The notes under the pieces were generated by a model that made no database searches, was not told the origin of the DNA, and was given only the letters and a program-made list of their open reading frames with translations. DNA of 64,000 nucleotides, from the NCBI GenBank assembly GCA_965226585.1, contig OZ245366.1, forward strand, positions 896,001 to 960,000. Reading direction: 5' to 3'. Each line of letters opens with the position of its first letter. Position 1 is the stretch's first letter. The stretch is from Thermodesulfobacteriota bacterium (GTDB lineage: Bacteria; Desulfobacterota_D; UBA1144; Nemesobacterales; Mycalebacteriaceae). Both the position numbers and the translations under genes were made by a program. Below, one piece after another: positions 19,016 through 27,950 of this stretch.

Positions 19016-19954
19016 TCAGCCGCCATAAGTGGCGCAGGTGATTTCCATCACCTCAACATTGCTCTGTTTTCCAACCGCTCCGGGAACGATAATCGGCAGG
19101 TCTACACCCGCCTCCCTGTGTATCTCCAGCCGCTCGCGGCATCTTTCCGCCGGACCCACAAGGGCAACGGCGTCAATAAGTTCATCGGTGAAAACCTCAT
19201 GCGGCTTGCTTCCCGATTTTATGAGTTCAACCACATCGCCGTAGCCGATGTTTGTTATCAAACGCTGATAAAACGGAAACCGCGCGTAGCCCGAAAGCCC
19301 CATCTTTGCCGCGTTTATCGCATCTTCAAGACTGTCTGAAACAAATGACGGAATTCCGTTTGTCATCTCAATCTCAGACGGCTCTCTTCCCGCCTCTTTC
19401 GCCCCTTCGGCAACCTGCGCCTTTAACTGCTTTATGTATTCCGGCGGAGACATATACGGCATAAGCCCGTCCGCCGCCCTTCCCGCCAAGCGAGCGGCGG
19501 AGTTTGTCAAACCCGCTATCAAAACCGGAAACGCCGGAAGAGCGCGCTTGATGCTGAGCAGTTCGGAACTGCCGTCAAGAATCGGCTTTATCTCCGCAAG
19601 GTAGTTTTCCATCGCCTCAACGGGGTTGCCCATGTCTATGCCGAATTTGTCGTTCACCGGCTTGTGGCTTACTCCAAGACCCAGAACCATTCTTCCGCCC
19701 GAAACCTCCTGAACAGTCATCGCTTCGGCGGCGCAAATGACGGGTCTTCTCATAAATATGTTTGTTATCCACGTGCCCACCTTTATTTTGCTTGTGGATT
19801 CCGCAAATACTTGAGCGTTTGATATCGCGCTGAACGGAGGCACTTCAGGTGAATATATCGCCTCAAAACCCGCTCCCTCAGCCGTTACGGCAAGAGCCCT
19901 TAAATCATCAACCCCGCATCCCCATACCGGTGAAATAGTTGCCACACGAGCCAT
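19016..19954 (-). CDS. LLM-class flavin/F420-dependent oxidoreductase
   Basis: AEGAGFEAIYSPE, TSKIKVGTWI, SGGRMVLGLGVSH, AGRAADG, GPAERCRERL. GGGGAG SD before ATG 19954. Confidence 0.88.
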   Translation of the reverse strand: MARVATISPVWGCGVDDLRALAVTAEGAGFEAIYSPEVPPFSAISNAQVFAESTSKIKVGTWITNIFMRRPVICAAEAMTVQEVSGGRMVLGLGVSHKPVNDKFGIDMGNPVEAMENYLAEIKPILDGSSELLSIKRALPAFPVLIAGLTNSAARLAGRAADGLMPYMSPPEYIKQLKAQVAEGAKEAGREPSEIEMTNGIPSFVSDSLEDAINAAKMGLSGYARFPFYQRLITNIGYGDVVELIKSGSKPHEVFTDELIDAVALVGPAERCRERLEIHREAGVDLPIIVPGAVGKQSNVEVMEITCATYGG

Positions 19955-20047
19955 TTTTATTCTCCCCGGCGCCATTGCCGCGCCTGTTTTTGATATGGCG
20001 GTAATCTATCTTACACAGCGGCACATTTGCAATCTTCCGCCCCCTTT

Positions 20048-20076
20048 TTGACACTGCCGCGCCGCGCGATTATATT
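20048..20076 (+). promoter_or_regulatory. Sigma70-type promoter
   Basis: TTGACA-17 nt-TATATT, 9 nt upstream of ATG 20086. Confidence 0.7.
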
Positions 20077-20085
20077 TCAAAGCAA

Positions 20086-20190
20086 ATGAAGAAACGAACT
20101 GGAGCGGAAATCTATATTGCCGGCATATTTGTTCTGGTCGGCTCAATCCTTTTTCTGGCGTCTCTGACGCATGTTTTCCTGAACCCCTGA
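20086..20190 (+). CDS. Putative 34-aa single-pass membrane peptide (not in ORF track)
   Basis: MKKRTGAEIYIAGIFVLVGSILFLASLTHVFLNP*. Basic N-terminus plus hydrophobic helix, directly behind a near-consensus promoter. Confidence 0.55.
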   Translation: MKKRTGAEIYIAGIFVLVGSILFLASLTHVFLNP

Positions 20191-20310
20191 TTGTTGCAAG
20201 ACCTGATGTTACAGAGAGGAAGTGTCCAAATGGGCGAAATCGTGAGCCGCGTTGAACTCGCGCTTGGAGAATGTGAGCGCAGACAAAGGGTGGCAATTTA
20301 GAGAGAAAAG

Positions 20311-21441
20311 ATGATTTCATACGACAGAATGGCACAGCACCTGATGGACATAATCCGTATAGACAGCGAATCGCGCTCTGAAAAAGATGTTGCCCTTGTT
20401 CTGGAAAAGGAGATGAAAGAGCTTGGTGCCGAATGTTTTTTTGATGACTGCGCGGAAAAAGTTGGCGGCAACATCGGCAATTTGATAGTCAAAATCAAAG
20501 GCACTGTGCCCTCCGCCCCTCCGGTGTTTCTCTGCTCGCACATGGACACGGTTGTTCCCGGAAAAGGGATTAAACCGCACATCACTGATGGCGTTATGAA
20601 AAGCGACGGAACGACCATTCTGGGAAGCGATGACAAAAGCGGCGTGTCGGTGATAGTTGAAGTGGTTCGCGCTCTGAAAGAGAAAAACCTTCCCCACGGG
20701 GATATTGAGATTGCCTTTACGGTGTGCGAGGAAGTTGGGCTTCTGGGGGCGAAATATCTTGACCGCTCTCTTTTCAAATCGGCAGACGGCATAGTTCTTG
20801 ACAGCAGCACCCCCGACCGCCTTGTTTTGAACTGCCCCGCTTCCGACATGCTGAACGTTGAAATCAAAGGCGTTGAGGCGCATTCCGGGCTTTGCCCCGA
20901 AGACGGCGTAAGCGCGCTTGAGATAGCGGCGGACGCCATATCAAAAATGAAACTTGGAAGGATAGACGGGGAAACCACCGCCAACATCGGAAAGATGTCT
21001 GCGGGGAGCGCGATAAACATAGTGCCGGGTTCGGCAAAACTTTTGTGCGAGGCGAGAAGCCACAACACAGAGAAACTTGCCGCGCAGATGGAGCACATGA
21101 TTGAGTGCTTTGAAACCGCTTCCGCAAAAGCGTACGGGGGAAAGCCCGATGTGCTGACAGACCGGCAGACCATATATCCGCTGATGGATGTTCCGCAGTC
21201 TTCGCGGATGGCGAAAATGGTTGAGGAAAACGCGGCGCGTCTCGGCAAGCCGGTTTCTTTCCACAAAAGCGGCGGCGGATGCGACGCGAACTACATAAAT
21301 GGCAAGGGAATAGAGTGCGTGAACCTCGGCACGGGAATGTATGAAATGCACACCGTGAACGAATATCTGGTAATTGAGGAGTTCAACCGGTGCGCGGACA
21401 TCACGCTCGGGACGGTTTTACAAAATGCCGGAGCAAGTTAA
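20311..21441 (+). CDS. M20/M25/M40 metallo-hydrolase (peptidase T-like)
   Basis: SHMDTV, LGSDDKSG, VCEEVGLLG, GGGCDAN, MHTVNE. Confidence 0.92.
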   Translation: MISYDRMAQHLMDIIRIDSESRSEKDVALVLEKEMKELGAECFFDDCAEKVGGNIGNLIVKIKGTVPSAPPVFLCSHMDTVVPGKGIKPHITDGVMKSDGTTILGSDDKSGVSVIVEVVRALKEKNLPHGDIEIAFTVCEEVGLLGAKYLDRSLFKSADGIVLDSSTPDRLVLNCPASDMLNVEIKGVEAHSGLCPEDGVSALEIAADAISKMKLGRIDGETTANIGKMSAGSAINIVPGSAKLLCEARSHNTEKLAAQMEHMIECFETASAKAYGGKPDVLTDRQTIYPLMDVPQSSRMAKMVEENAARLGKPVSFHKSGGGCDANYINGKGIECVNLGTGMYEMHTVNEYLVIEEFNRCADITLGTVLQNAGAS

Positions 21442-21808
21442 AAAAGCGCTTGTAATTGTTGACCACGGAAGCACGGTTGACGAAGCAAACCGCCTGCTTG
21501 CCCTTGTTGCCGAAAAGTTGAGAGAGCGCGCGGATTTTGACGTTGTGGAGCATTGCCACATGGAACTTGCCTCTCCCACGATGGAGGAGGCGTTTGGCGT
21601 TTGCGCGCGGAGCGGGGTTTCGGAGATAACGGTTCACCCCTATTTTCTGGTTCCGGGAAAACATTCGGGTTTTGATATTCCGGCGATGGCGGCTGAGGCG
21701 GCAAAGAAGTTTCCCGGTCTGAAGCACACCGTTACCGAGCCGCTCGGGCTTCACGAAAAGATTGTGGATGTGATTCTGGAAAGGGTTGAAAAAAACTCAA
21801 CAGAATGA
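21425..21808 (+). CDS. Short single-domain CbiX/SirB sirohydrochlorin chelatase
   Basis: IVDHGS, CHMELASP, VHPYFLVPGKH..DIP, EPLGLH. Confidence 0.88.
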   Translation: MPEQVKKALVIVDHGSTVDEANRLLALVAEKLRERADFDVVEHCHMELASPTMEEAFGVCARSGVSEITVHPYFLVPGKHSGFDIPAMAAEAAKKFPGLKHTVTEPLGLHEKIVDVILERVEKNSTE

Positions 21809-23119
21809 CGAGACGCATCCGCTCGCCCTTTCCCCTCTAACGGCGCTTATCGTAACATTCACGTCCAGCCCCGCGGGCAGTTCGGGCTCATCAACCGCAA
21901 CGGGAATATAGTTTTCCGTCATACAAACAGACCTTGTTTCCGATATGGCGGGAACCGTTCTGCCGATAAAACTTTCGTAGAATTTCCGCTTTTTCAGCGC
22001 GCCAAGTTCTCTCATCTCTCTCGCCCTGCGTTTTTTCACATCGTCCGGCACGGGGTTTTTCATCACATTTGCGGCGGTGTTTTTTCTGGGCGAATACGGG
22101 AAAACATGAAAGTAGGTAAGCGCGGAATCGCGGGCGAGGCGGAAACTGTTTTGAAACTGCCCGTCTGTTTCCCCCGGAAATCCGACCATAATGTCCGTTC
22201 CTATGGAAGCGTCCGGCATAAGGTCCCGTATCATTGCCGCGCAAGCGGTGAACTCATCCGGCGAGTAGCGGCGGCGCATCTTTTTCAGAACTTCAGCGTC
22301 TCCGCTTTGAAGCGACACATGAAAACTTGGGCGGACGGATTCCGCCCGCGAGCAGAAAAGTATCAACTCTTCCGTCATGTCTGCGGGGTCAAGGGAACTG
22401 AGCCGGATTTTCGGCAGAGGTTCTGTGTGGTTTTCAATCTCTCTGAGCAGGGATACAAGCGAAGAGTCGACGTCTCTGCCGTAACTGGCAAGGTGTATGC
22501 CCGTGAGAACCGCCTCGCCGTAGCCGCCTTGCTTCAACACGGCAAGCCGCCTGACGACCTCCGCCGGCTCAAGGCTTCTGGACCTTCCGCGCGCCCTTGG
22601 AATTATGCAGAATGTGCACGCGTAGTTGCAGCCGTCCTGAACTTTCAAAAAAGCTCGCGTCCGTTCCGGAAACCGCTCTATCGCGGGCGACTCAAATTTT
22701 CTTTTTTTGTCGGCGAACAGGTCTGACACGAAAACGCGCGCGGTTTTTCGCGGCGTTCCCTTCCTGACTATCTCAGACAGAGACGGAAACTTGTGCGAGT
22801 TTCCAACCACGTAGTCCACGCACTTCATAGAGGCGACTTCTTCAGACGACACTTGAGCGTAACAGCCCGTCAGCACAACGACCCCTTGAGGATTGGATTT
22901 TTTTGCTCTGCGGGCGTAGTTTCTCGCCTCCGCGTCCGCCTTGCCGGTTACCGTGCAAGTGTCGATTATGTAGACATCCGCTTTGTCTGAAAAGTTTCCG
23001 TTGATTTCGTATCGGCTCCGGGGAAGGCGTCCGAGAATGGCGGCTGTGTCGTACTGATTCGCCTTGCATCCAAGTGTAACGACAGACACTCTGCGCTTTG
23101 TTTCCATCTCCATTGTCAA
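21797..23119 (-). CDS. mtaB: tRNA t6A37 methylthiotransferase
   Basis: TLGCKANQYD, TCTVT, RTRAFLKVQDGCNYACTFC, LTGIHL, HVFPYSPR. Confidence 0.93.
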   Translation of the reverse strand: MTMEMETKRRVSVVTLGCKANQYDTAAILGRLPRSRYEINGNFSDKADVYIIDTCTVTGKADAEARNYARRAKKSNPQGVVVLTGCYAQVSSEEVASMKCVDYVVGNSHKFPSLSEIVRKGTPRKTARVFVSDLFADKKRKFESPAIERFPERTRAFLKVQDGCNYACTFCIIPRARGRSRSLEPAEVVRRLAVLKQGGYGEAVLTGIHLASYGRDVDSSLVSLLREIENHTEPLPKIRLSSLDPADMTEELILFCSRAESVRPSFHVSLQSGDAEVLKKMRRRYSPDEFTACAAMIRDLMPDASIGTDIMVGFPGETDGQFQNSFRLARDSALTYFHVFPYSPRKNTAANVMKNPVPDDVKKRRAREMRELGALKKRKFYESFIGRTVPAISETRSVCMTENYIPVAVDEPELPAGLDVNVTISAVRGERASGCVSSFC

Positions 23120-24198
23120 ACGGGAAGCGCCTCTTTTATCCAGCCGCCGCCGAGCACTTCGCCGCCGTCGTAAAACACAACCGCCTGCCCGGGCGTAACC
23201 GCCCTCTGCGGCTCTGCAAATTTCACAACCGCCCTGCCGTCATCCCCTATATCAAGAACCGCTTCCTCCTCGCTGTGTCTGTGGCGTATCTTCGCCCCCA
23301 CACGAGACCCGCGCGCGGGAGTCTGCCTGACCCATGAAAGTTCATCCGCCACAAGACCGTCGCTGTAAAGATGCCGCTCTCCGCCGACAACAACCTTGTT
23401 GTTCTCCCCGTCTATGGAGACAACATACATCGGGTCGCTTTCGGGATTTGAAGTTTTTATTCCAAGCCCTTTTCTCTGCCCTATTGTGTAAGAGTGTATG
23501 CCTTTGTGGTTTCCCATTTCCCTGCCTTCGGTGTCCACCATATCGCCTTCGGGCGCGGCGGAGGCGTCAATCTTGTCCGACAGAAAGTTTCTGTAATCGC
23601 CTCCCGTGAGGAAACAAACTCCCATGCTTTCGGGCTTTTCCGCAACCTCAAGACCGAACCCGCGCGCCTTTTCGCGCACTTCGGTTTTCGTGCTTTCCCC
23701 AAGCGGGAACATCAAGTTTTCAAGTTCCCCCTGCTTCAGCGTGAAAAGGAAATATGTCTGGTCTTTGCGGTTGTCAACGCCCTTAAACAAAGCCCTTCCG
23801 CTCTCAGAGTTCTGTACCCGGGCGTAGTGCCCGGTTGCCAGAGCGTCTGCGCCGAGTTCCTTCGCGCGGCGGAGAAGAAGGTCAAATTTCATAAACTGAT
23901 TGCAAAGCGTGCAGGGAACCGGCGTCTGTCCGGCGCGGTATTTTCCCACAAAATCCGACACCACCGTTTTTTTGAACGGCTCCATGTAGTTCGCGACGTA
24001 GTGCGGTATTTCAATCTGGCGAGCCACATTTCTCGCGTCTCTCACCTCGTCTGCGGAACAGCATCCGCCGGATGATTCCCCGTAGTCCCACAACTGCATG
24101 GTTATCCCGATGACCTCGTGTCCCCGGTCTTTCAGCATTGCGGCAACAGTGGATGAGTCCACTCCCCCGCTCATAGCAACAACAATTCTTTTTTTCAT
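23116..24198 (-). CDS. mnmA: tRNA 2-thiouridine synthase
   Basis: AMSGGVDSS, ATGHYA, KDQTYFL, ESMGVCF, TIGQRKGL, AVTPGQ. Confidence 0.97.
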   Translation of the reverse strand: MKKRIVVAMSGGVDSSTVAAMLKDRGHEVIGITMQLWDYGESSGGCCSADEVRDARNVARQIEIPHYVANYMEPFKKTVVSDFVGKYRAGQTPVPCTLCNQFMKFDLLLRRAKELGADALATGHYARVQNSESGRALFKGVDNRKDQTYFLFTLKQGELENLMFPLGESTKTEVREKARGFGLEVAEKPESMGVCFLTGGDYRNFLSDKIDASAAPEGDMVDTEGREMGNHKGIHSYTIGQRKGLGIKTSNPESDPMYVVSIDGENNKVVVGGERHLYSDGLVADELSWVRQTPARGSRVGAKIRHRHSEEEAVLDIGDDGRAVVKFAEPQRAVTPGQAVVFYDGGEVLGGGWIKEALPV

Positions 24199-24210
24199 CT
24201 TACGGCTTTT

Positions 24211-24285
24211 TCGGGGTGACTGGACTCGAACCAGCGACCTCTGCGTCCCGAACGCAACGCTCTAGCCAATCTGAGCTACACCCCG
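24211..24285 (-). tRNA. tRNA-Pro (CGG), CCA not encoded
   Basis: CGGGGTGTAGCTCAG...TTGCG-TTCGGGA-CGCAG...GGTTCGAGTCC..CACCCCGA. Confidence 0.95.
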
Positions 24286-24370
24286 TTTTTATTTCAGAAC
24301 AGCAATGATAACGGATGAACCCGTCTTTTTCATCCCGCAAAAACACGGAATGCCAAAAACCCGCGCCCTG

Positions 24371-24399
24371 TTGAAAAAACACGCCCGTAAGACCATACT
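24371..24399 (+). promoter_or_regulatory. Sigma70-type promoter of ORF83-murI
   Basis: TTGAAA-17 nt-CATACT. Confidence 0.55.
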
Positions 24400-24419
24400 A
24401 AATAAAAGGTGTAAAGCGG

Positions 24420-24671
24420 ATGTCAAACCAAATAAAATTGAAACAGTCAAGAACCTACAAATCCATTAACCACAAGGATGTTCGCAGGCAGTTCAGTCTG
24501 CGCCACCTGAAATTCCACACAACCCGCGATATTGAGCCGTCAACCGATTTCATAAAACTTCCGGCCGGAACGGCCAACTCTGTTGTTGAGGAGACGCTTG
24601 AGAGATTTTCCCTCGAATACAGACGTTTTGGAAAGGAAGAAGACAAAGACAAACCCGGGCGGGAAAACTGA
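24420..24671 (+). pseudogene. 83-aa ORF, probable internally deleted LonC-type (AAA_32/Lon_C) protease remnant
   Basis: First half VRRQFSLRHLKFHTTRDIEPSTDFI resembles LonC N-termini. Second half LPAGTANSVVEETLERFSLEYRRFGKEE resembles LonC C-termini. Recalled pattern, no search run. Confidence 0.55.
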
Positions 24672-25480
24672 TTTCCGGCAAAAATACATCATCCGGTCCC
24701 ATAGGGGTTTTTGATTCCGGCATAGGCGGACTTACGGTTGTAAGAGAATTGAAGTCTCTTCTGCCGCTTGAAAATATCGTCTATCTCGGAGACACGGCGC
24801 GCCTTCCCTACGGAACAAAATCCAGCAAAACCGTTACCGGGTATTCGCTCAAAAACACGCGTTTTCTTGCTTCAAAGAATTCAAAAATCATAGTCGCCGC
24901 CTGCAACACCGCTTCCGCCTACTCCATTGAAGTTCTCTCAGACGAGTTTGACGTTCCGGTGCTCGGCGTGATTGAGCCCGGCGCGAAGAAGGCGCGGGAG
25001 GTCAGCCGGAACGGGAAAATCGGAGTTATCGCGACTCCATCCACCGTCAAAAGCCGCGCTTATGAGCGCGCCCTCCGGCGGGAAGACAGTTTGCTGAAAA
25101 CCGTTTCCGCCGCCTGTCCGCTTTTTGTTCCGCTTGTTGAAGAAGGCTGGGGCGAAGACGATATCGCCTTTACTGCCGCCCGCAGATATCTTGAGCCGCT
25201 TGTGGATGAAGGTATTGACACCCTTATCCTCGGATGCACCCACTACCCTCTTATGAAAAAGGTTGTGTCTGAAGTTATGGGCGGGGGCGTAACGCTTGTT
25301 GATTCCGCCACCGAAGCCGCGACAGAAACGGCAAAGTTTATGGAGAGCGCGGGACTGCTCAACAAAAACGGAAAGGGAACCGCGGAGTTTTACCTGACGG
25401 ACGGTTCTGAAAGTTTTGTCAGCGCCGCCGGAAAATTCCTCGGCGGCGACATTGGAAAAGCGGAAATTGTAGATTTGTAA
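24668..25480 (+). CDS. murI: Glutamate racemase (start probably CTG 24668 or ATT 24671)
   Basis: PIGVFDSGIGGLTV lies in frame upstream of the track's start at 24749. Also YLGDTARLPYG, ACNTAS, LGCTHYP. Confidence 0.93.
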   Translation: MISGKNTSSGPIGVFDSGIGGLTVVRELKSLLPLENIVYLGDTARLPYGTKSSKTVTGYSLKNTRFLASKNSKIIVAACNTASAYSIEVLSDEFDVPVLGVIEPGAKKAREVSRNGKIGVIATPSTVKSRAYERALRREDSLLKTVSAACPLFVPLVEEGWGEDDIAFTAARRYLEPLVDEGIDTLILGCTHYPLMKKVVSEVMGGGVTLVDSATEAATETAKFMESAGLLNKNGKGTAEFYLTDGSESFVSAAGKFLGGDIGKAEIVDL

Positions 25481-25491
25481 ACGCGCTTTTT

Positions 25492-26484
25492 TCAGTCCGC
25501 CAGAGCTTTTTTCAACTCTTCGGTAAGCGGCGGCAGAACCTCAAAAAGGTCTCCGCAAATGCCGTAGTCTGATTTCGCGAATATCGGGGCTTCAGGGTCT
25601 TTGTTGATTGAAACTATCACCTTTGAAGAGCCCATTCCCGAAAAATGCTGAACGGAGCCGGAGATGGCAATCGCCATGTAGAGGTTCGGCGAAACGGCTT
25701 TTCCCGTCTGCCCCACCTGCATATCATACGGGCAGTACCCGGCGTCAACTGCGGCTCTTGTCGCTCCGGCGGCGGCGCCAAGCATATCGGCAAGTTCGTA
25801 TATGCGCTGAAAGTTTTCTTCGCTTCCAAGCCCTCTTCCTCCTGAAACCACCCTTTCGGCTTCTGTAAGTTCGGGTCTGTCGGACTCTTTTGTCTCCATC
25901 TCAATGATTTTGAGTTTCAGGTCGTCAGGCGATATTTCCACGCTCTCTTCAACGGTTTCAACCTGCGCGGGCGATTCCTCCTCTTTGAACGAGTTGGGGC
26001 GCACGGTCGCTATCATCGTTTCGCTTCCGTGAAACTGCTGTGTTGATATGGCGCGGCTTGAGTGCGAGTAGCGTTGAATGACAAGCGCGCCGTCAGTTGC
26101 GTCAATATTCACAACCTCCATCGCGAGCCCTGAGCCCGTGCGCGCCGAAACGCGCGGTATGTAGTCTTCGGAAAAAGAGCTGTGCCCCGCCAGAACAATC
26201 GCGGGGGAGTGTTTTTTTATCAACTCTGAAAGCGCTTTTGTGTAGCCGTCAGGGTTGAAGTTTTTAAGGTTTTCATTTTGCACCGTGTAGACCTTCTGCG
26301 CTCCGAATTTGCCGAGTTCTTCGGGTCCCGATGAGACCGATTCCCCCATAACAACTCCGCAAACGACCGCTCCGTCAATCTTGGGCGCGAGTTCTCTGCG
26401 CGCCTGTGAGATTGCCTCAAAGGTTACTTTTCTTATTGAGCCGTCCAGTTTCTGGTCTGCGACAATCCATATTTCCTTACTCAT
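25492..26484 (-). CDS. etfA: Electron transfer flavoprotein alpha subunit
   Basis: [41 protein letters not shown]. Confidence 0.95.
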   Translation of the reverse strand: MSKEIWIVADQKLDGSIRKVTFEAISQARRELAPKIDGAVVCGVVMGESVSSGPEELGKFGAQKVYTVQNENLKNFNPDGYTKALSELIKKHSPAIVLAGHSSFSEDYIPRVSARTGSGLAMEVVNIDATDGALVIQRYSHSSRAISTQQFHGSETMIATVRPNSFKEEESPAQVETVEESVEISPDDLKLKIIEMETKESDRPELTEAERVVSGGRGLGSEENFQRIYELADMLGAAAGATRAAVDAGYCPYDMQVGQTGKAVSPNLYMAIAISGSVQHFSGMGSSKVIVSINKDPEAPIFAKSDYGICGDLFEVLPPLTEELKKALAD

Positions 26485-26520
26485 TTTATTCCTCCGTTCC
26501 GTTTGGTGTGTTTTGCGAAA

Positions 26521-27360
26521 TCATATGACTTTCGCTTCTTCCCTGAGCAGTTTCACTATCTCTCTCGCCGAGTCGGCTATCTCATCGTTTTTGACGGTTG
26601 TGTCGTCAGAACCTTTGATGATTTTCAATCTTCTCTCCACCTGCGGAACTTCAATCTTCACCGTTTTAACCCTTGAGCCGGCTTTGCCCACGCTCTCGCG
26701 GGAGATGCCGAGTGAGGCGAAGTCCACATCGTCAAGCGACACTTCCTTAACCGGTTTCTTCTTTGCCTTCATTATTCCCGGAAGTGATGCGTAGCGCGGT
26801 TCGTTCATCGCGTCGGGGCAGGTTATGAGAGCGGGAAGAGGAACTTCAACCACCGCCGTTCCGCCGTCAACCTCTTTGCGGCAGATCATTTTCTTCTCGT
26901 CCGGCTTTATCTCAACAACCTTGCTGACAAGCGCAACATGGGGAATTCCGAGCTCTTCCGCTATCTGGATTCCCACCTGAGCGGACTCTTCGTCAATCAC
27001 CTTCATTCCCGTGAATATTACGTCTGCGTCATCAATTTTCTTTATTTCGCTCGCGGCGATTTTTGCTGTCGTATAGGGGTCTGCCGCCTCAAAGCCGTCG
27101 TCCTTTATGTGTACCGCCGAAGCCGCTCCCATGGCAAGCCCCTGTCTGATGGCTTCAATCGCCCTTGCGGGTCCCGCGGAAACTATCACGACTTCGCCGC
27201 CAAGCTTTTCCGCGCTTTGAATCGCCTCCTCAACGGCAAACTCATCGTAAGGGTTCATTATCCATTTAATCCCTTCGGAATCGATGGAATCGCCGGACGC
27301 GCTTACCTTGATTTTGGCTTCTGTGTCCTGCGTTTGAGTTATAAATACAACTGCTTTCAT
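26521..27360 (-). CDS. etfB: Electron transfer flavoprotein beta subunit
   Basis: MNPYDEFAVEEA, GLAMGA, NEPRYASLPGIMKAKKKP. Confidence 0.95.
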   Translation of the reverse strand: MKAVVFITQTQDTEAKIKVSASGDSIDSEGIKWIMNPYDEFAVEEAIQSAEKLGGEVVIVSAGPARAIEAIRQGLAMGAASAVHIKDDGFEAADPYTTAKIAASEIKKIDDADVIFTGMKVIDEESAQVGIQIAEELGIPHVALVSKVVEIKPDEKKMICRKEVDGGTAVVEVPLPALITCPDAMNEPRYASLPGIMKAKKKPVKEVSLDDVDFASLGISRESVGKAGSRVKTVKIEVPQVERRLKIIKGSDDTTVKNDEIADSAREIVKLLREEAKVI

Positions 27361-27431
27361 TTTCGTCCCTCTCTTTGTCAGTCCTTATTTTCCGCCCCTG
27401 AAACGGTTTGGATATAAACAAGCCGAGAGTT

Positions 27432-27459
27432 ATTATAGAGAATGGCTTTTTACTGTCAA
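27432..27459 (-). promoter_or_regulatory. Consensus sigma70 promoter of etfBA
   Basis: TTGACA-16 nt-TATAAT on the minus strand. Confidence 0.7.
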
Positions 27460-27500
27460 GAACGGGAATTTGCCGCTTCCGGAGCGGGGGACAGAGGCGC

Positions 27501-27950
27501 GTGAACATAGCGGTTGGAAGCGATCAGGAAACCCATCTTACCGATTTCGTTTTGCGCTATCTTGAGAAACGGGGCGCGAGTTTGAAGTTGTTCGGGCATC
27601 TTGCCGGAGAGAAAACGGAGTGGACTGACGTTGCCGAAGCGGTGGCGCGCGAAGTTTCGGGAGAGAACTGCGAACAGGGCATAGTTTTCTGTTGGACGGG
27701 AACGGGGGTTTCAATCGCGGCGAACAAGGTTCCGGGAGTTCGCGCCGCCCTCTGCGATGATTCTGAAACCGCGGCGGGAGCAAGAAAATGGAATGACGCA
27801 AATGTGCTCGCGATGAGTTTGAGGCGAACTTCAACTCAGGTTGCGGAGGAGATTCTCAACAGCTGGTTTGAGTCGTCTCCCGAGCCGGGAGAGAAAGAGA
27901 ACATAGAAAAGGTTTCACTTCTGGAAGGGAAGTACCGGATGGAAAAATGA
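27501..27950 (+). CDS. rpiB: RpiB/LacA/LacB sugar-phosphate isomerase
   Basis: IAVGSD, FCWTGTGVSIAANKVPGVRAA, WNDANVL. GTG start at 27501. Confidence 0.88.
   Translation: MNIAVGSDQETHLTDFVLRYLEKRGASLKLFGHLAGEKTEWTDVAEAVAREVSGENCEQGIVFCWTGTGVSIAANKVPGVRAALCDDSETAAGARKWNDANVLAMSLRRTSTQVAEEILNSWFESSPEPGEKENIEKVSLLEGKYRMEK

Noticed and set aside
20206..20301. 31-aa ORF MLQRGSVQMGEIVSRVELALGECERRQRVAI between the microprotein and the peptidase
   Set aside because: A possible SD precedes the internal ATG, but there is no motif or other support, so it cannot be distinguished from chance.
20298..21266. 322-aa minus-strand ORF
   Set aside because: Antisense shadow of the M20 peptidase.
24200..24382. 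60-aa ORF over tRNA-Pro(CGG)
   Set aside because: It is a translation of the tRNA sequence.
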